Positions 62,758 through 64,000 of a stretch of 64,000 bases of DNA are shown in pieces. Location of the stretch: assembly GCF_018350175.1 (NCBI RefSeq), contig NC_058368.1, positions 3,534,001 to 3,598,000 of the forward strand. Reading direction: 5' to 3'. Origin of the DNA: Felis catus. Taxonomy: Eukaryota. The translations under genes were made by a program, and so were the position numbers. The notes beneath the pieces are model-generated. The model made no database searches. It was not told the origin of the DNA and was given only the letters and a program-made list of their open reading frames with translations. Numbering within the stretch: the first letter of the stretch is position 1; each line of letters starts with the position of its first letter.

Positions 62758-63676
62758 CTGTAATGTGCCGAAGGCATGAATAGACATTTTTCCCAAAGAA
62801 GACACCCAGATGGCAAACAGACACATGAAAACGTGTTCAACATCACTCATCATCAGGGAAATTAAATCAAAACTATGAGATGCCACCTAACACCAGTCAG
62901 AATGGTGAATCAACAAGACAAGTAACAGATATTGGCGAGGATGTGGAGAAAGGGGAACCCTCTTGCACTGTTGGTGGGAATGCAGACTGGCACAGCCACT
63001 CTGGGAGACCGTATGGAAGTTCCTCAAAAAGTTAAAAATAGAGCTACCCTACAATCCAGTAAGTGCACTACTAGGTATTTACCCAAACAATACAAAAACA
63101 CTAATTCAAGGGACACATGCCCCCTGATGTTTATAGTAGCATTATTTACAATAGCCAGATTATGGGAAAAGCCCAAGTGTTCATTGGTTGATGAATGGAT
63201 AAAGTGGTATATATATACAAGGGAATATTAATCAGCCATAAAAAAACAGTGAGATCTTGCCATTCACAACGACATGGATGGAGCTAGAGAATATTATGCT
63301 AAGCAAAATAAGTCAGTCAGAGAAAGACAAATACCATACGATTTCACTCACATATAGAATTTAAGAAACACAATAAATGAGCAAAAGGAAAAAAGAGAAA
63401 GAGGCCAGGCAAGAAAGAGACTCTAAACTATATGTAGAGAACAAAGATGGTTCCCAGAGGGGAGGGGTGTGGGGGGATGAGTGTAATAGGTGATGGGGAT
63501 TAAGGAGGGCACTTGTGATGAGCACCAGGTATTGTGTGGATATGTTAAATCACGATATTGTACCTCTGAAATAATATTACACTGCAGGTTAACTAACTGG
63601 AATTTCAACAAAAGCTTTAAAAAATTCTTATGGAAAAGAGGTGGCCGAATGTGAAAGATCAAAGCTCTCTCATTTA

Positions 63677-63747
63677 CTTTTTTTAATTAAGTTTTAATTT
63701 TAATTCTAGTATAGTTAACACAGAGTGTTATATTAGTTTCAGGTGTA
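63677..63747 (-). mobile_element. About 70-bp L1 3'-terminal insertion
   Basis: tagtatagttaacacagagtgttatattagtttcaggtgta; TSD aaagctctctcattta / aaacctttctcattta. Confidence 0.8.
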
Positions 63748-64000
63748 AAACCTTTCTCATTTAAAAATGGCGAGCAATCTATTGGATAAACTTTCTGCCC
63801 AGAGAAATGGATTTTAAGTGCCCTAACGTTAAATATTTTCATAAAGAGCACTCTGGGCCATAAAACTGTTATATGGCTACTAGAAATAGAAGAGAATCGA
63901 CTTCTTACTGTATTTGATAAAATGGCTGTAAATAGCAATTTAAAAACAGAATTGTCATTTTGTTTCAATTTTCAATCCAAGAAAACCCTTTATTTTCACC

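Larger units (their letters stand above)
60731..63620 (+). mobile_element. 5'-truncated carnivore L1 (ORF2 RT to 3' end), decayed
   Basis: LFADDM RT motif (FADD at 61225-61236); ORF 61697-61966 MKDLYSENYKTLMKEI...IPCSWVERINIVRM; G-rich 3'UTR; stops and frameshifts. Confidence 0.95.

Noticed and set aside
60731..63620. Active reverse transcriptase
   Set aside because: The FADD motif is present, but the element is 5'-truncated and broken by stops, frameshifts and two SINEs.

Overview
This is mammalian nuclear DNA from a carnivore, almost certainly a felid. It carries about 31 tRNA-derived Can-SINEs, four of them of the young cat-type form, plus cat/carnivore-type LINE-1 3' ends. The window is intergenic or intronic and dominated by repeats: SINEC, several generations of L1, HAL1, L2, MIR, MaLR (MLT1) LTRs, hAT-Charlie MITEs and microsatellites. 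I recognise no host protein-coding exon, RNA gene or processed pseudogene. The recognisable entries in the ORF track are decayed L1 ORF1/ORF2 or SINE read-throughs, and the rest look like chance ORFs. I found no convincing new biological system. The best leads are: (1) four small, well-bounded candidate exons on the minus strand (2772-4607) just downstream of a promoter-like patch with RFX half-sites; (2) an orphan, CpG-rich L1 5'UTR followed by strong splice donors (about 44.1-45.3 kb); (3) an L1 with both ends, a large internal deletion and an inverted endonuclease fragment; (4) several unusual retrotransposition scars. Repeat family names come from recalled consensus similarity, not a database search. 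Boundaries of old repeats are approximate.
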